Source: Mobula birostris (Eukaryota). From it: a stretch of 64,000 nt of DNA. A model generated the notes under the pieces. It did not search any database and had not been told where the DNA came from. It worked only from the letters and a program-made list of their open reading frames with translations. Of the stretch, positions 26,570 through 38,765 are shown piece by piece. Where the stretch lies: positions 28,809,792 through 28,873,791 of the forward strand of contig NC_092382.1 in the NCBI RefSeq assembly GCF_030028105.1, in the 5' to 3' direction. The first letter of the stretch is position 1. Every line of letters starts with the position of its first letter. The position numbers and the translations under genes are program-made.

Positions 26570-28845
26570 GTGCTCACCGCTCTGCAGCTACCCCGAGTTC
26601 TGGCTATTATTAAATGTGCGGCCCACAGTCACATGTCCGACCGGGTCACTAAAGGCAACGCTTTAGCAGATTAGACAGTGAAAAGTGCAGCACAATCCTC
26701 GGTAGTTGTAGTCCCCTCGGGTTCCCGTCAAGCAACCCTCTGTGACTGAAGCAGAACGGGTTTGCCAGACATGCGGGAGGTACGTACTTTTCAGGGGGAC
26801 GCCTCTGAGGAGGAGCTCAAACTGTGGTCCCAGATGGGTTGTCGGAAAGACCCCGACCCAGGTTTTCAGATCACCCCAGTGGGACAGGTTTGTGTTCCTA
26901 CACAGTTTTTACCAATATTGGTCGATTATATACATAATTGTACACACCTGGAAAAGGAGGGAATGGTCGGTAACCTGTACCCTGCACACCGGGTACGACT
27001 CCCTTGACAGGTGAATCTTTCTCGTGTCTACAAGTTGATTTTATTGTATTGCCTAGAGTATATTGCTATAGATACTCCTTAGTTATTATAGATGTGTTTA
27101 GTAGATGGATTGAAGCTATTCCAACTACCAATAATACTGGTATGACTGTTGTGAAGGTATTATTATGGGAAATAATTCCCAGGTACTGAGAAACTGAGAG
27201 ATACTGAGCTCTGACAATGGCCCATGCTTTGTGGTGAAAGTAGATAAAGAGACATGTAACAACATGTAACAACTTGGCTATCCAGCAACAATTCTACTGT
27301 GTACACAACCCACGGCCCACTGGCATTGTGGAAAGAGCCAATGGCACTCTGAAGAGTAAATTGGCCAAACTAACGGTGGAGACTGGACTCACTTGGTTGA
27401 AGGTTCTACCGTTAGCCCTGTTCCACATGAGGGTTACCCCACAGGGGAAAACAGGGTTGTCACCAGCTGAAATCATTTATGGACTGCCCATGAGGACACC
27501 CTGGGGACCAAGACCTTGGGTACCATTGTTTCCAGTAAGTCTACCAGCAAAATTCAATATGCATACCCTAGGGGAAGAGATGGGGAAATATACATGCAAA
27601 CTAACCAAAATTTTCCAAGCATTACATTCACAGGTACGACAGGCTTACAAGGAAGAGAACTACCCCGCAGAGAGGAGTTACTATCTCACCCGAGAACCTG
27701 GGGATTTTGTCCTGATTAAGAACTGGGATCGAGGGAAACTCGAACCTCGGTGGAGAGGACCATATCAGGAGTTACTGACCACTCCCACGGCTGTGAAACT
27801 GAAGGGGCAATCTCGGTGGATACATCGAACAGACTACAAACATGTTACTAAAGGAACTGAGCAGAAGGACTCTCTCGGACTAAAGGAAAATGTATTGGTT
27901 GATAGTGGCATTTGTGTTTATGTCTTTCAGAGGGCTCACCCCAGCATCCGGGGGCCCCCATGTTAACACCTTTCTGTCTCTGTGTCACACATATGCCAAA
28001 CAGGTAGAACTAGGTGTCTGCTGGGTTTGTGCTGAAACTCCACAGCATGGTAAAACTACGATTACAATGTCAGAAATCCCGCTCAACCAGAGTGAGGAAC
28101 TCTCAGCCTGGGCTTTCTCAAATAACACCCGGGGAAGAGAGGTGAGGAACTGTGGTCTAGTCAGAGATGACTGTGGCTGTCAGTGTTTTGAGGGATGGTA
28201 TCTCAGGCCTCCACCAAACAGAAGTTCCTATACTGGGAAACATGCATCCTGGCCATACTTGCAGGTGCTCAGCAGTGGAGAGGAATAACTGAGACTGAAC
28301 AACTTTGGATGATCACTTTTCTCTTCTATGGAGTAGCCAGGAATTCACCAGAGATAATCAATTTGGCTACAGCACTTGAGGAGCTGGCCACAATACTGCA
28401 GGGGCCCTGACAGAAACACAGGCCCAAGTAACAGAAATATCCACTGAAATTATTGCAATCCGGCAAACAGTCCTACAGAATCGTATGGTTTTAGATTTTA
28501 TCCTGGTTGAGAAAGGGGGAACCTGTGCTATTATTGACACAGAATGCTACACCTATATCCCTGATGAGTCTACTAACATTACATCCCTCTCCGAGCACAC
28601 TGCCGAGGAGACTGCAGCATTAAGAAAGTTGGACAGGATTTACATGGGGTCACCGAAGGGTCAAAATGGTGGTCTTCGAAGGCCTGATCGGTAATATGTG
28701 GAGCATGATATTGCATTATGGCCTAATAGTTGTAGATATCATTGTTATAATTACTGTTGTACACTGTTTTTACCCACTGATAAATCAATGCTGTACTTGG
28801 TTGCTTTCTCTGTAAAACATTACTGCTTTGATCATCATGTACTGG
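26570..28845 (+). mobile_element. Class I (gamma/epsilon-like) endogenous retrovirus relic: RNase H end, integrase, env
   Basis: LAIIKCAAH..GNALAD (RNase H). LQVDFIVLP, IIDVFSRWIEA, SDNG, GIVERANGTLK, LEPRWRGPY (integrase). env with signal peptide, CWVC motif and TM LQNRMVLDFIL..GGTCAIIDTECY (ISD plus CX6C). Many disablements. Confidence 0.85.
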
Positions 28846-29595
28846 TCAAAAGGAGATCATTGTGGACTTCAGGCATGGTGGGAGTCACACTCGCATCCCC
28901 ATCTACAACAACGGATCTATAATGGAGCGTGTATCAAGCTTCAAATTCCTTGGTGTCCACATTTCCGCGGATCTCACCTGGTCCCTGAACTCCTCCATCC
29001 TGATCAAAAAGGCGCAACTCGCCTTTATTTCCTGCACAGCATGAAGAAAGCTCACCTCTGTCCCAGGATATTGACGGACTTTTACCGCTGTACCAATGAG
29101 AGCATACTCACCAACTGCATCTCAGTGTGGTATGGCAATTGTCCCATATCTGACCGCAAAGCACTCCAGTGTGTGGTGAAAACTGCCCAGCAGATTATCA
29201 GCACCCACTTGCCCACCATTGAGAACATCTACCATAAATGCTGCCTGGGCAGGGCGAAACACATTATCAAGGATGCATCTCACCCTAACCATGGACTTTT
29301 TACTCTCCTCCCATCCAGCAGGCGCTACAGGAGCCTCCGCTCCCGCACCAGCAGGCACAGGAAGAGCTTCTTCCCTGAGGCTGTGACCCTGCTGAACCTC
29401 TCGTCACAGCGCTAAACAGTATTGCATCCGTATTGTACTGTCTCAGTACTTTCATATTTGTGTGCTGTAGCACTTTTTTAATTCACAGTTATTTTGTAAG
29501 TAACACTATTCTTTGCATTTCTGGTCAGATGCTAAATGCATTTCATTGGCTTTGTATTTGTACTCAGCACAATGACAATAAAGTTGAATCTAATG
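28846..29595 (+). mobile_element. Rex1/Babar-like LINE 3' fragment inserted in the ERV
   Basis: EIIVDFR..VSSFKFLGVHISADLTWS..FYRCTNESILTNCISVWYGN..IIKDASHPNHGLFTLLPSSRRYRS; AATAAA tail. Confidence 0.85.
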
Positions 29596-29609
29596 ATAAG
29601 ATATGTTAA

Positions 29610-30054
29610 AGGATTAACTCTTTGTTAAACAATAGCAGCCTGTTTTTCTGAAAGAAACTGCTGATTGTCAACAGATGTGCTGAGCCATGCTGAGCCATAT
29701 TTCTTCTTGAGGGTGGCTAGCTGGGGTTTCAGGATGCTTATCTCCCTGTGCACTCATGCGTAGAGATAGGACAGCTTCAGTCTGTTCTGTGTATAAGCCA
29801 TTATGACTATTTTGTAAACTGACTTTAGGGGCTGTCATGGAGTAAATAACTTTGGCTCCAGCCTGTCTTGTGTTGGGACACCTGGACGGATATATCTGTG
29901 GTGTAAGAGGAATTGTTAGTCAGTTAGTGGATTGGGCAGAACAGTCATACACTGCTCCTGTTTGAGCGGCTAAGTGAGTAAGGCCAAAGTGCGTGGAATA
30001 AAGAGTTTGTACTTACACGGTCTCTGAGAGACTTTATCTGGATTCGACTTCCAC
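29610..30054 (+). repeat. Probable 3' LTR of the ERV
   Basis: Follows env (after the Rex1 insertion). AATAAA ~29997, then a U5-like stretch ending in CA. The 5' edge is uncertain. Confidence 0.4.
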
Positions 30055-30245
30055 AGAATGGGAGTGGTTTTAAAGGGCTGGGCTGCTGGAAGCACATTAC
30101 CAGACCTGGAGTGATTGCAGCTGGGTCTGACAGAGGCATAACAGGTTCTTCTGGGCACGTTCAGTCTCACTCCAACTATTTCCTGCCTTCCTTTGTACAG
30201 GTATGCAATGTCTAAAGGACCAGTGTTTGAGTAAATGAGACTCAC

Positions 30246-30409
30246 CAAACTTTCTCCTGACTGAATCACTGGATTCTCCGAGTCAGATGGGTGCTCTCCA
30301 GTTGATGCTCTCAATCCTCGGGCTGGTTCACTTGTTGCTGTTCCCTCATCTTCAGTCGTGGTTCGCTTCCAGTTGGGGTTTTTCTTCCAATAAATCTGTC
30401 ACCGCAGGT
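30246..30409 (-). other. Candidate internal exon of the ZF-B gene
   Basis: T-rich tract plus TTAG acceptor (30411-30410; alternative CAG 30397-30396) and a strong TTG|GTGAGT donor (30245). Non-repetitive sequence between the promoter at 37.4 kb and the ZF exon at 22.2 kb. Confidence 0.45.
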
Positions 30410-31299
30410 CTAACTTTAACATGAAAGACAATGAAGCACATTAACAATAAAAAGGAAAAACAAACATTTCTGCTTAACGTTACGAAGAACAAAACTCACT
30501 GAAACTTGCCCCTCACATCTCCTCTGACCTTAAATGTATTCCACTTTTCAACCTCTTTGAATCGTCTGTCCACTCCATCTGTTCCTCTCATAATCTTATA
30601 AACGTCCATCCAGTCTCAGGCCAGCCTGTTCCGCTCTGGAGAAAACAACCCAAGTTTGTCCAGCCTCTCATTACAGCTCATGCCCTCTAACCCAGGCTAA
30701 CCTCTTCTGCGCCCTCTCCAAAGCCCCGTCATCCTTCCCAGAGTGGGGTGATCAGAACTGTATGAAACACTCCGGATGTGGCCTGACTGGAGTTTTATAA
30801 AGCTGCAACACAACTTCCTGACGTTTGAACTCAATGCATCAACTAATGAAGACAACCACGCCATTTGCCTTCTTAACCACCTGATCAATCTGTGCAGTCT
30901 CTCTCAGGGAGCAATGAACTTGGAGTCTAAGATCCCTCTGATCATCAACACTGTTCAGGGTTTTGCATTTAACAGCGTACTGTCTCAGACATTCAACCTA
31001 CCGAGCTGCCAAGGTGATCGTCACTAATCACATCTCACTGAGTTGTCTCAGGTCCTGTTGAGTTTATTGCCAAGTGCACAAGTACGGGAAGGTACAGGAA
31101 CAGAGAAACACTGACTTGCAGCAGCATCACAGGCAAGTACATTCAGATAACACACAGAACACAAATTATACGATTCTGTGTCAGTAACCATCTATAAATA
31201 TGTTTTATGCCATTAACAATAAATAAAACACATTGTGCCTTGATCAGTATTGAAATATGCATTTTGTGTCAATAACAGACTTGGAAATGTTGAATTTGG

Positions 31300-31520
31300 C
31301 CCCTATCTCCATTCCTCCTGTCGCCCACAACCAGCTCCGTTGTTTCTGTCACCGGGAGGCAGAGGTTGTTTCCTTGAGTCGGGGTGATGACTCCTTCTCT
31401 GCCGGCTGACCTATTATTATGGAGATGAGGCCGGTCAGTCAGCGGATTTAACCTGCAGATTGGAGCTGTGGGTGGCGACACGGTCATGGGTGAACACACG
31501 GAGAGTGAAGGGGACAGGGT
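31300..31520 (-). mobile_element. Decayed Rex1/Babar RT fragment contiguous with the satellite
   Basis: Minus strand reads ...FTHDRVATHSSNLQVKSAD...GLIS...NNL...TELVVGDRRNGD, matching the Rex1-type YTHDCVA..SSN..IKFADD..ELVVD.R and the copy at 24135. Confidence 0.7.
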
Positions 31521-34500
31521 GTGTGTGTGTCACGGGTGAACACACGGAGAGTGAAGGGGACAGGGTGTGTGTGTGTGTGTGTGTGTCACGGGTGAACACA
31601 CGGAGAGTGAAGGGGACAGGGTGTGTGTGTGTGTGTGTGTGTCACGGGTGAACACACGGAGAGTGAAGGGGACAGGGTGTGTGTGTGTCACGGGTGAACA
31701 CACGGAGAGTGAAGGGGACAGGGTGTGTGTGTGTGTGTCACGGGTGAACACACGGAGAGTGAAGGGGACAGGGTGTGTGTGTGTGTCACGGGTGAACACA
31801 CGGAGAGTGAAGGGGACAGGGTGTGTGTGTGTGTCACAGGTGAACACACGGAGAGTGAAGGGGACAGGGTGTGTGTGTGTGTGTGTCACGGGTGAACACA
31901 CGGAGAGTGAAGGGGACAGGGTGTGTGTGTGTGTGTCACGGGTGAACACACGGAGAGTGAAGGGGACAGGGTGTGTGTGTGTGTCACAGGTGAACACACG
32001 GAGAGTGAAGGGGACAGGGTGTGTGTGTGTGTGTGTCACGGGTGAACACACGGAGAGTGAAGGGGGCAGGGTGTGTGTGTGTGTGTGTGTGTCACGGGTG
32101 AACACATGGAGAGTGAAGAGGACGGTGTGTGTGTGTGTCACGGGTGAACACACGGAGAGTGAAGGGGACAGAGTGTGTGTGTCACGGGTGAACACACGGA
32201 GAGTGAAGGGGACAGGGTGTGTGTGTGTGTGTGTGAGACGGGTGAACACACGGAGAGTGAAGGGGACAAGGGTGTGTGTGTGTGTGTGTCTCACGGGTGA
32301 ACACACGGAGAGTGAAGGGGACAGGGTGTGTGTGTGTGTCACGGGTGAACACACGGAGAGTGAAGGGGACAGGGTGTGTGTGTGTGTCACGGGTGAACAC
32401 ACGGAGAGTGAAGGGGACAGGGTGTGTGTGTGTGTCACGGGTGAACACACGGAGAGTGAAGGGGACAGAGTGTGTGTGTGTGTGTGACGGGTGAACACAC
32501 GGAGAGTGAAGGGGACAGGGTGTGTGTGTGTCACGGGTGAACACACGGAGACTGAAGGGGACAGGGTGTGTGTGTGTGTGTGTGTCACGGGTGAACACAC
32601 GGAGAGTGAAGGGGACCGGGTGTGTGTGTGTGTCATGGGTGAACACACGGAGAGTGAAGGGGACAGGGTGTGTGTGTGTGTCACGGGTGAACACACGGAG
32701 AGTGAAGGGGACAGGGTAGGTGTGTGTGTGTCACGGGTGAACACACGGAGAGTGAAAGGGACAGGGTGTGTGTGTGTGTGTCACGGGTGAACACACGGAG
32801 AGTGAAGGGGACCGGGTGTGTGTGTGTGTCATGGGTGAACACACGGAGAGTGAAGGGGACAAGGGTGTGTGTGTGTGTGTGTCTCACGGGTGAACACACG
32901 GAGAGTGAAGGGGACAGGGTGTGTGTGTGTGTCACGGGTGAACACACGGAGAGTGAAGGGGACAGGGTGTGTGTGTGTGTCACGGGTGAACACACGGAGA
33001 GTGAAGGGGACAGGGTGTGTGTGTGTGTCACGGGTGAACACACGGAGAGTGAAGGGGACAGAGTGTGTGTGTGTGTGTGACGGGTGAACACACGGAGAGT
33101 GAAGGGGACAGGGTGTGTGTGTGTGTGTGTCACGGGTGAACACACGGAGAGTGAAGGGGGCAGGGTGTGTGTGTGTGTGTGTGTGTGTGTCACGGGTGAA
33201 CACATGGAGAGTGAAGAGGACGGTGTGTGTGTGTGTCACGGGTGAACACACGGAGAGTGAAGGGGACAGAGTGTGTGTGTCACGGGTGAACACACGGAGA
33301 GTGAAGGGGACAGGGTGTGTGTGTGTGTGTGTGTGAGACGGGTGAACACACGGAGAGTGAAGGGGACAAGGGTGTGTGTGTGTGTGTGTCTCACGGGTGA
33401 ACACACGGAGAGTGAAGGGGACAGGGTGTGTGTGTGTGTCACGGGTGAACACACGGAGAGTGAAGGGGACAGGGTGTGTGTGTGTGTCACGGGTGAACAC
33501 ACGGAGAGTGAAGGGGACAGGGTGTGTGTGTGTGTCACGGGTGAACACACGGAGAGTGAAGGGGACAGAGTGTGTGTGTGTGTGTGACGGGTGAACACAC
33601 GGAGAGTGAAGGGGACAGGGTGTGTGTGTGTGTCACGGGTGAACACACGGAGAGTGAAGGGGACAGTGTGTGTGTGTGTGTCACGGGTGAACACACGGAG
33701 AGTGAAGGGGACAGGGTGTGTGTGTGTCACGGGTGAACACACGGAGACTGAAGGGGACAGGGTGTGTGTGTGTGTGTGTGTCACGGGTGAACACACGGAG
33801 AGTGAAGGGGACCGGGTGTGTGTGTGTGTCATGGGTGAACACACGGAGAGTGAAGGGGACAGGGTGTGTGTGTGTGTCACGGGTGAACACACGGAGAGTG
33901 AAGGGGACAGGGTAGGTGTGTGTGTGTCACGGGTGAACACACGGAGAGTGAAAGGGACAGGGTGTGTGTGTGTGTGTTACGGGTGAACACACGGAGAGTG
34001 AAGGGGACCGGGTGTGTGTGTGTGTCATGGGTGAACACACGGAGAGTGAAGGGGACAAGGGTGTGTGTGTGTGTGTGTCTCACGGGTGAACACACGGAGA
34101 GTGAAGGGGACAGGGTGTGTGTGTGTGTCACGGGTGAACACACGGAGAGTGAAGGGGACAGGGTGTGTGTGTGTGTCACGGGTGAACACACGGAGAGTGA
34201 AGGGGACAGGGTGTGTGTGTGTGTCACGGGTGAACACACGGAGAGTGAAGGGGACAGGGTGTGTGTGTGTGTCACGGGTGAACACACGGAGAGTGAAGGG
34301 GACAGAGTGTGTGTGTGTGTGTGACGGGTGAACACACGGAGAGTGAAGGGGACAGGGTGTGTGTGTGTCACGGGTGAACACACGGAGACTGAAGGGGACA
34401 GGGTGTGTGTGTGTGTGTGTGTCACGGGTGAACACACGGAGAGTGAAGGGGACCGGGTGTGTGTGTGTGTCATGGGTGAACACACGGAGAGTGAAGGGGA

Positions 34501-37207
34501 CAGGGTGTGTGTGTGTGTCACGGGTGAACACACGGAGAGTGAAGGGGACAGGGTAGGTGTGTGTGTGTCACGGGTGAACACACGGAGAGTGAAAGGGACA
34601 GGGTGTGTGTGTGTGTGTCACGGGTGAACACACGGAGAGTGAAGGGGACCGGGTGTGTGTGTGTGTCATGGGTGAACACACGGAGAGTGAAGGGGACAGG
34701 GTGTGTGTGTGTGTGTGTGTCACGGGTGAACACACGGAGAGTGAAGGGGACAGGGTGTGTGTGTGTGTGTGTGTCACGGGTGAACACACGGAGAGTGAAG
34801 GGGACAGGGTGTGTGTGTGTGTCACGGGTGAACACACGGAGAGTGAAGGGGACAGGGTGTGTGTGTGTCACGGGTGAACACACGGAGAGTGAAGGGGACA
34901 GGGTGTGTGTGTGTCTCACGGGTGAACACACGGAGAGTGAAGGGGACAGGGTGTGTGTGTGTCACGGGTGAACACACGGAGAGTGAAGGGGACAGGGTGT
35001 GTGTGTGTGTGTCACGGGTGAACACACGGAGAGTGAAGGGGACAGGGTGTGTGTGTCACGGGTGAACACACGGAGAGTGAAGGGGACAGGGTGTGTGTGT
35101 GTGTGTCACGGGTGAACACACGGAGAGTGAAGGGGACAGGGTGTGTGTGTGTGTCACGGGTGAACACACGGAGAGTGAAGGGGACAGGGTGTGTGTGTCA
35201 CGGGTGAACACACGGAGAGTGAAGGGGACAGGGTGTGTGTGTGTCACGGGTGAACACACGGAGAGTGAAGGGGACAGGGTGTGTGTGTGTGTCACGGGTG
35301 AACACACGGAGAGTGAAGGCGACAGGGGGTGTGTCACGGTCACGGGTGAACACACGGAGAGTGAAGGGGACAGGGTGTGTATGTGTGTCACGGGTGAACA
35401 CACGGAGAGTAAAGGGGACAGGGTGTGTGTGTGTGTGTCACGGGTGAACACACGGAGAGTGAAGGGGACAGGGTGTGTGTGTGTGTCACGGGTGAACACA
35501 CGGAGAGTGAAGGGGACAGGGTGTGTGTGTGTCACGGGTGAACACACGGAGAGTGAAGGGGACAGGGTGTGTGTGTGTCACGGCTGAACACACGGAGAGT
35601 GAAGGCGACAGGGGGTGTGTCACGGTCACGGGTGAACACACGGAGAGTGAAGGGGACAGGGTGTGTATGTGTGTCACGGGTGAACACACGGAGAGTAAAG
35701 GGGACAGGGTGTGTGTGTGTGTGTCATGGGTGAACACACGGAGAGTGAAGGGGACAGGGTGTGTGTGTGTGTGTCACGGGTGAACACACGGAGAGGGAAG
35801 GGGACAGGCTGTGTGTGTGTGTGTCACGGGTGAACACACGGAGAGTGAAGGGGACAGGGTGTGTGTGTCACGGGTGAACACACGGAGAGTGAAGGGGACA
35901 GGGTGTGTGTGTGTCACGGGTGAACACACGGAGAGTGAAGGGGACAGGGTGTGTGTGTGTGTCACGGGTGAACACACGGAGAGTGAAGGGGACAGGGTGT
36001 GTGTGTGTGTCACGGGTGAACACACGGAGAGTGAAGGGGACAGGGTGTGTGTGTGTGTCACGGGTGAACACGGAGAGTGAAGGGGACAGGGTGTGTGTTT
36101 GTGTGTCACGGGTGAACACACGGAGAGTGAAGGGGACAGGGTGTGTGTGTGTCACGGGTGAACACACGGAGAGTGAAGAGGACAGGGTGTGTGTGTGTCA
36201 CGGGTGAACACACGGAGAGTGAAGGGGACAGGGTGTGTGTGTGTGTGTCACGGGTGAACACACGGAGAGTGAAGGGGACAGGGTGTGTGTGTGTGTGTCA
36301 CGGGTGAACACACGGAGAGTGAAGGGGACAGGGTGTGTGTGTGTGTCACGGGTGAACACACGGAGAGTGAAGGGGACAGGGTGTGTGTGTCTCACGGGTG
36401 AACACACGGAGAGTGAAGGGGACAGGGTGTGTGTGTGTGTGTCACGGGTGAACACACGGAGAGTGAAGGGGACAGGGTGTATGTGTGTCACGGGTGAACA
36501 CACGGAGAGTGAAGGGGACAGGGTGTGTGTGTGTGTCACGGGTGAACACACGGAGAGTGAAGGGGACAGGGTGTGTGTGTGTGTCACGGGTGAACACACG
36601 GAGAGTGAAGGGGACAGGGTGTGTGTGTGTGTGTCACGGGTGAACACACGGAGAGTGAAGGGGACAGGGTGTGTGTGTGTGTCACGGGTGAACACACGGA
36701 GAGTGAAGGGGACAGGGTGTGTGTGTGTGTCACGGGTGAACACACGGAGAGTGAAGGGGACAGGGTGTGTGTGTGTGTGTCACGGGTGAACACACGGAGA
36801 GTGAAGGGGACAGGGTGTGTGTGTGTGTCACGGGTGAACACACGGAGAGTGAAGGGGACAGGGTGTGTGTGTCACGGGTGAACACACGGAGAGTGAAGGG
36901 GACAGGGTGTGTGTGTGTGTCACGGGTGAACACACGGAGAGTGAAGGGGACAGGGTGTGTGTGTGTGTCACGGGTGAACACACGGAGAGTGAAGGGGACA
37001 GGGTGTGTGTGTGTGTCACGGGTGAACACACGGAGAGTGAAGGGGACAGGGTGTGTGTGTGTGTCACGGGTGAACACACGGAGAGTGAAGGGGACAGGGT
37101 GTGTGTGTGTGTCACGGGTGAACACACGGAGAGTGAAGGGGACAGGGTGTGTGTCACGGTCACGGGTGAACACACGGAGAGTGAAGGGGACAGGGTGTGT
37201 GTGTGTG
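31484..37207. repeat. ~5.7-kb tandem array, unit CACGGGTGAACACACGGAGAGTGAAGGGGACAGG(GT)n, ~44-58 bp, roughly 115 copies
   Basis: Directly visible: a constant ~34-bp core plus a variable GT tract. Confidence 0.98.
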
Positions 37208-37329
37208 CCGGGGGTCGGAGAGACAGAGGTGAGGGAGCCACTCTGACCACCTGCCGGACATCTGACAGGATCCAGACACGCAAGGCCGGGTGAAGGCCCA
37301 GGTCTCCGAGTTCACGCCTTCGTACGTCT

Positions 37330-37608
37330 CCTCCTACCTCTCGGCGATACATCAGACTCCGGCCGCAGGAGACGCTTCACAAACGCCCCCGGCTTCCCTC
37401 GGATGGAAATGGAAATAAATCAGAAAGCGGACATTTACTTTGGGGTTTGTTCCGCTTTCACGGAGAAATCGGAGCCGAAGCGGAAGACGGAACCAGCGGG
37501 GTTACCGCCCTCTCCGCTGGTCCGCTTCTGCTATTGGGTCTAACCAGTGATTGACATTCCTTTTCACCAATGGCAATAGCGCAGCTCCTGGAGCGTTGGT
37601 TTTCAGCG
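37330..37608 (-). promoter_or_regulatory. CCAAT-box CpG promoter / first exon, probably of ZF-B
   Basis: Two CCAAT boxes (~37533, ~37567). Inverted paralog of 1230-1480. ATG TAT CGC CGA GAG|GTAGGA at 37352-37338. Confidence 0.55.
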
Positions 37609-38765
37609 GTGGGGAGCTCCTGCGCCGGTGGCGCTGAGGAGGAGCTCCGACACTGGTGGCGCTGAGGGGAGCTCCGACCACTGGAGGCGCTGTGGGGAGC
37701 TCCGACCACTGGAGGCGCTGTGGGGAGCTCCGACACTGGTGGCGCTGAGGGGAGCTCCGACCACTGGAGGCGCTGTGGGGAGCTCCGACCACTGGAGGCG
37801 CTGTGGGGAGCTCCGACCACTGGAGGCGCTGTGGGGAGCTCCGACACTGGAGGCGCTATGGGGAGCTCCGACACTGGTGGCGCTGTGGGGAGCTCCGACA
37901 CTGGTGGCGCTGTGGGGAGCTCCGACCACTGGTGGCGCCGTGGGGAGCTCCGACACCGGTGGTGCTGTGGAGGAGCTCCGACACCGGTGGCGCTGTGGGG
38001 AGCTCCGACACCGGAGGCGCTGAGGAGGAGCTCCGACACCGGAGGCGCCGTGGGGAGCTCCGACCCCGGTGGCGCCGTGGGGAGCTCCGACCCCGGTGGC
38101 GCCGTGGGGAGCTCCGACCACGGGTGGTGCTGTGAGGAGCTCCGACCCCGGTGGCGCTGTGGGGAGCTCCGACCCCGGTGGCGCTGTGGGGAGCTCCGAC
38201 CCCGGTGGCGCTGTGGGGAGCTCCGACCCCGGTGGCGCTGTGGAGGAGCTCCGACCCCGGTGGCGCTGTGGAGGAGCTCCGCCACCGGAGGCGCTGTGGG
38301 GAGCTCCGACACTGGAGGCGCTGTGAGGAGCTCCGACCACTGGTGGCGCCGTGGCGAGCTCCGACCACTGGTGGCGCCGTGGGGAGCTCCGACACTGGAG
38401 GCGCTGTGGGGAGCTCCGACACCGGAGGCGCTGTGGGGAGCTCCAGCCACTGGTGGCGCTGTGGGGAGCTCCGACCCCGGTGGCGCTGAGGAGGAGCTCC
38501 GACACCGGAGGCGCTGTGGGGAGCTCCGACACCGGTGGCGCTGTGGAGGAGCTCCGACACCGGTGGCGCTGTGGAGGAGCTCCGACACCGGTGGCGCTGT
38601 GGAGGAGCTCCGACACCGGTGGCGCTGTGGAGGAGCTCCGACACCGGTGGCGCTGTGGAGGAGCTCCGACACCGGTGGCGCTGTGGAGGAGCTCCGACAC
38701 CGGTGGCGCTGTGGAGGAGCTCCGACACCGGTGGCGCTGTGGGGAGCTCCGACCACGGGTGGTGC
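37609..38765. repeat. GC-rich minisatellite, 27-28-bp unit GG(A)GGAGCTCCGACACCGGTGGCGCTGT, ~40 copies
   Basis: Directly visible. Each unit carries the palindrome GGAGCTCC and several CpGs. Confidence 0.97.

Noticed and set aside
26370-26570. Imperfect ~40-bp direct repeat (CTACCTTAGGC...TATCAATCACCCCT) upstream of the ERV RNase H
   Set aside because: Only two copies and no assignable function; likely a local rearrangement at the ERV deletion edge.
31460-37352. Many ORFs (VCVCV / THTHT repeats, up to 404 aa)
   Set aside because: Artefacts of translating a stop-poor satellite; GT-length variation shifts frame constantly.
31484-38765. CRISPR-like repeat-spacer appearance
   Set aside because: The 'spacers' are only (GT)n or absent, there are no cas genes, and the context is eukaryotic.
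37609-38765. Full CTCF site array
   Set aside because: Only the 3' half (GGTGGCGCT) fits; the CCASYAG half is misaligned, so it is not called as a feature.
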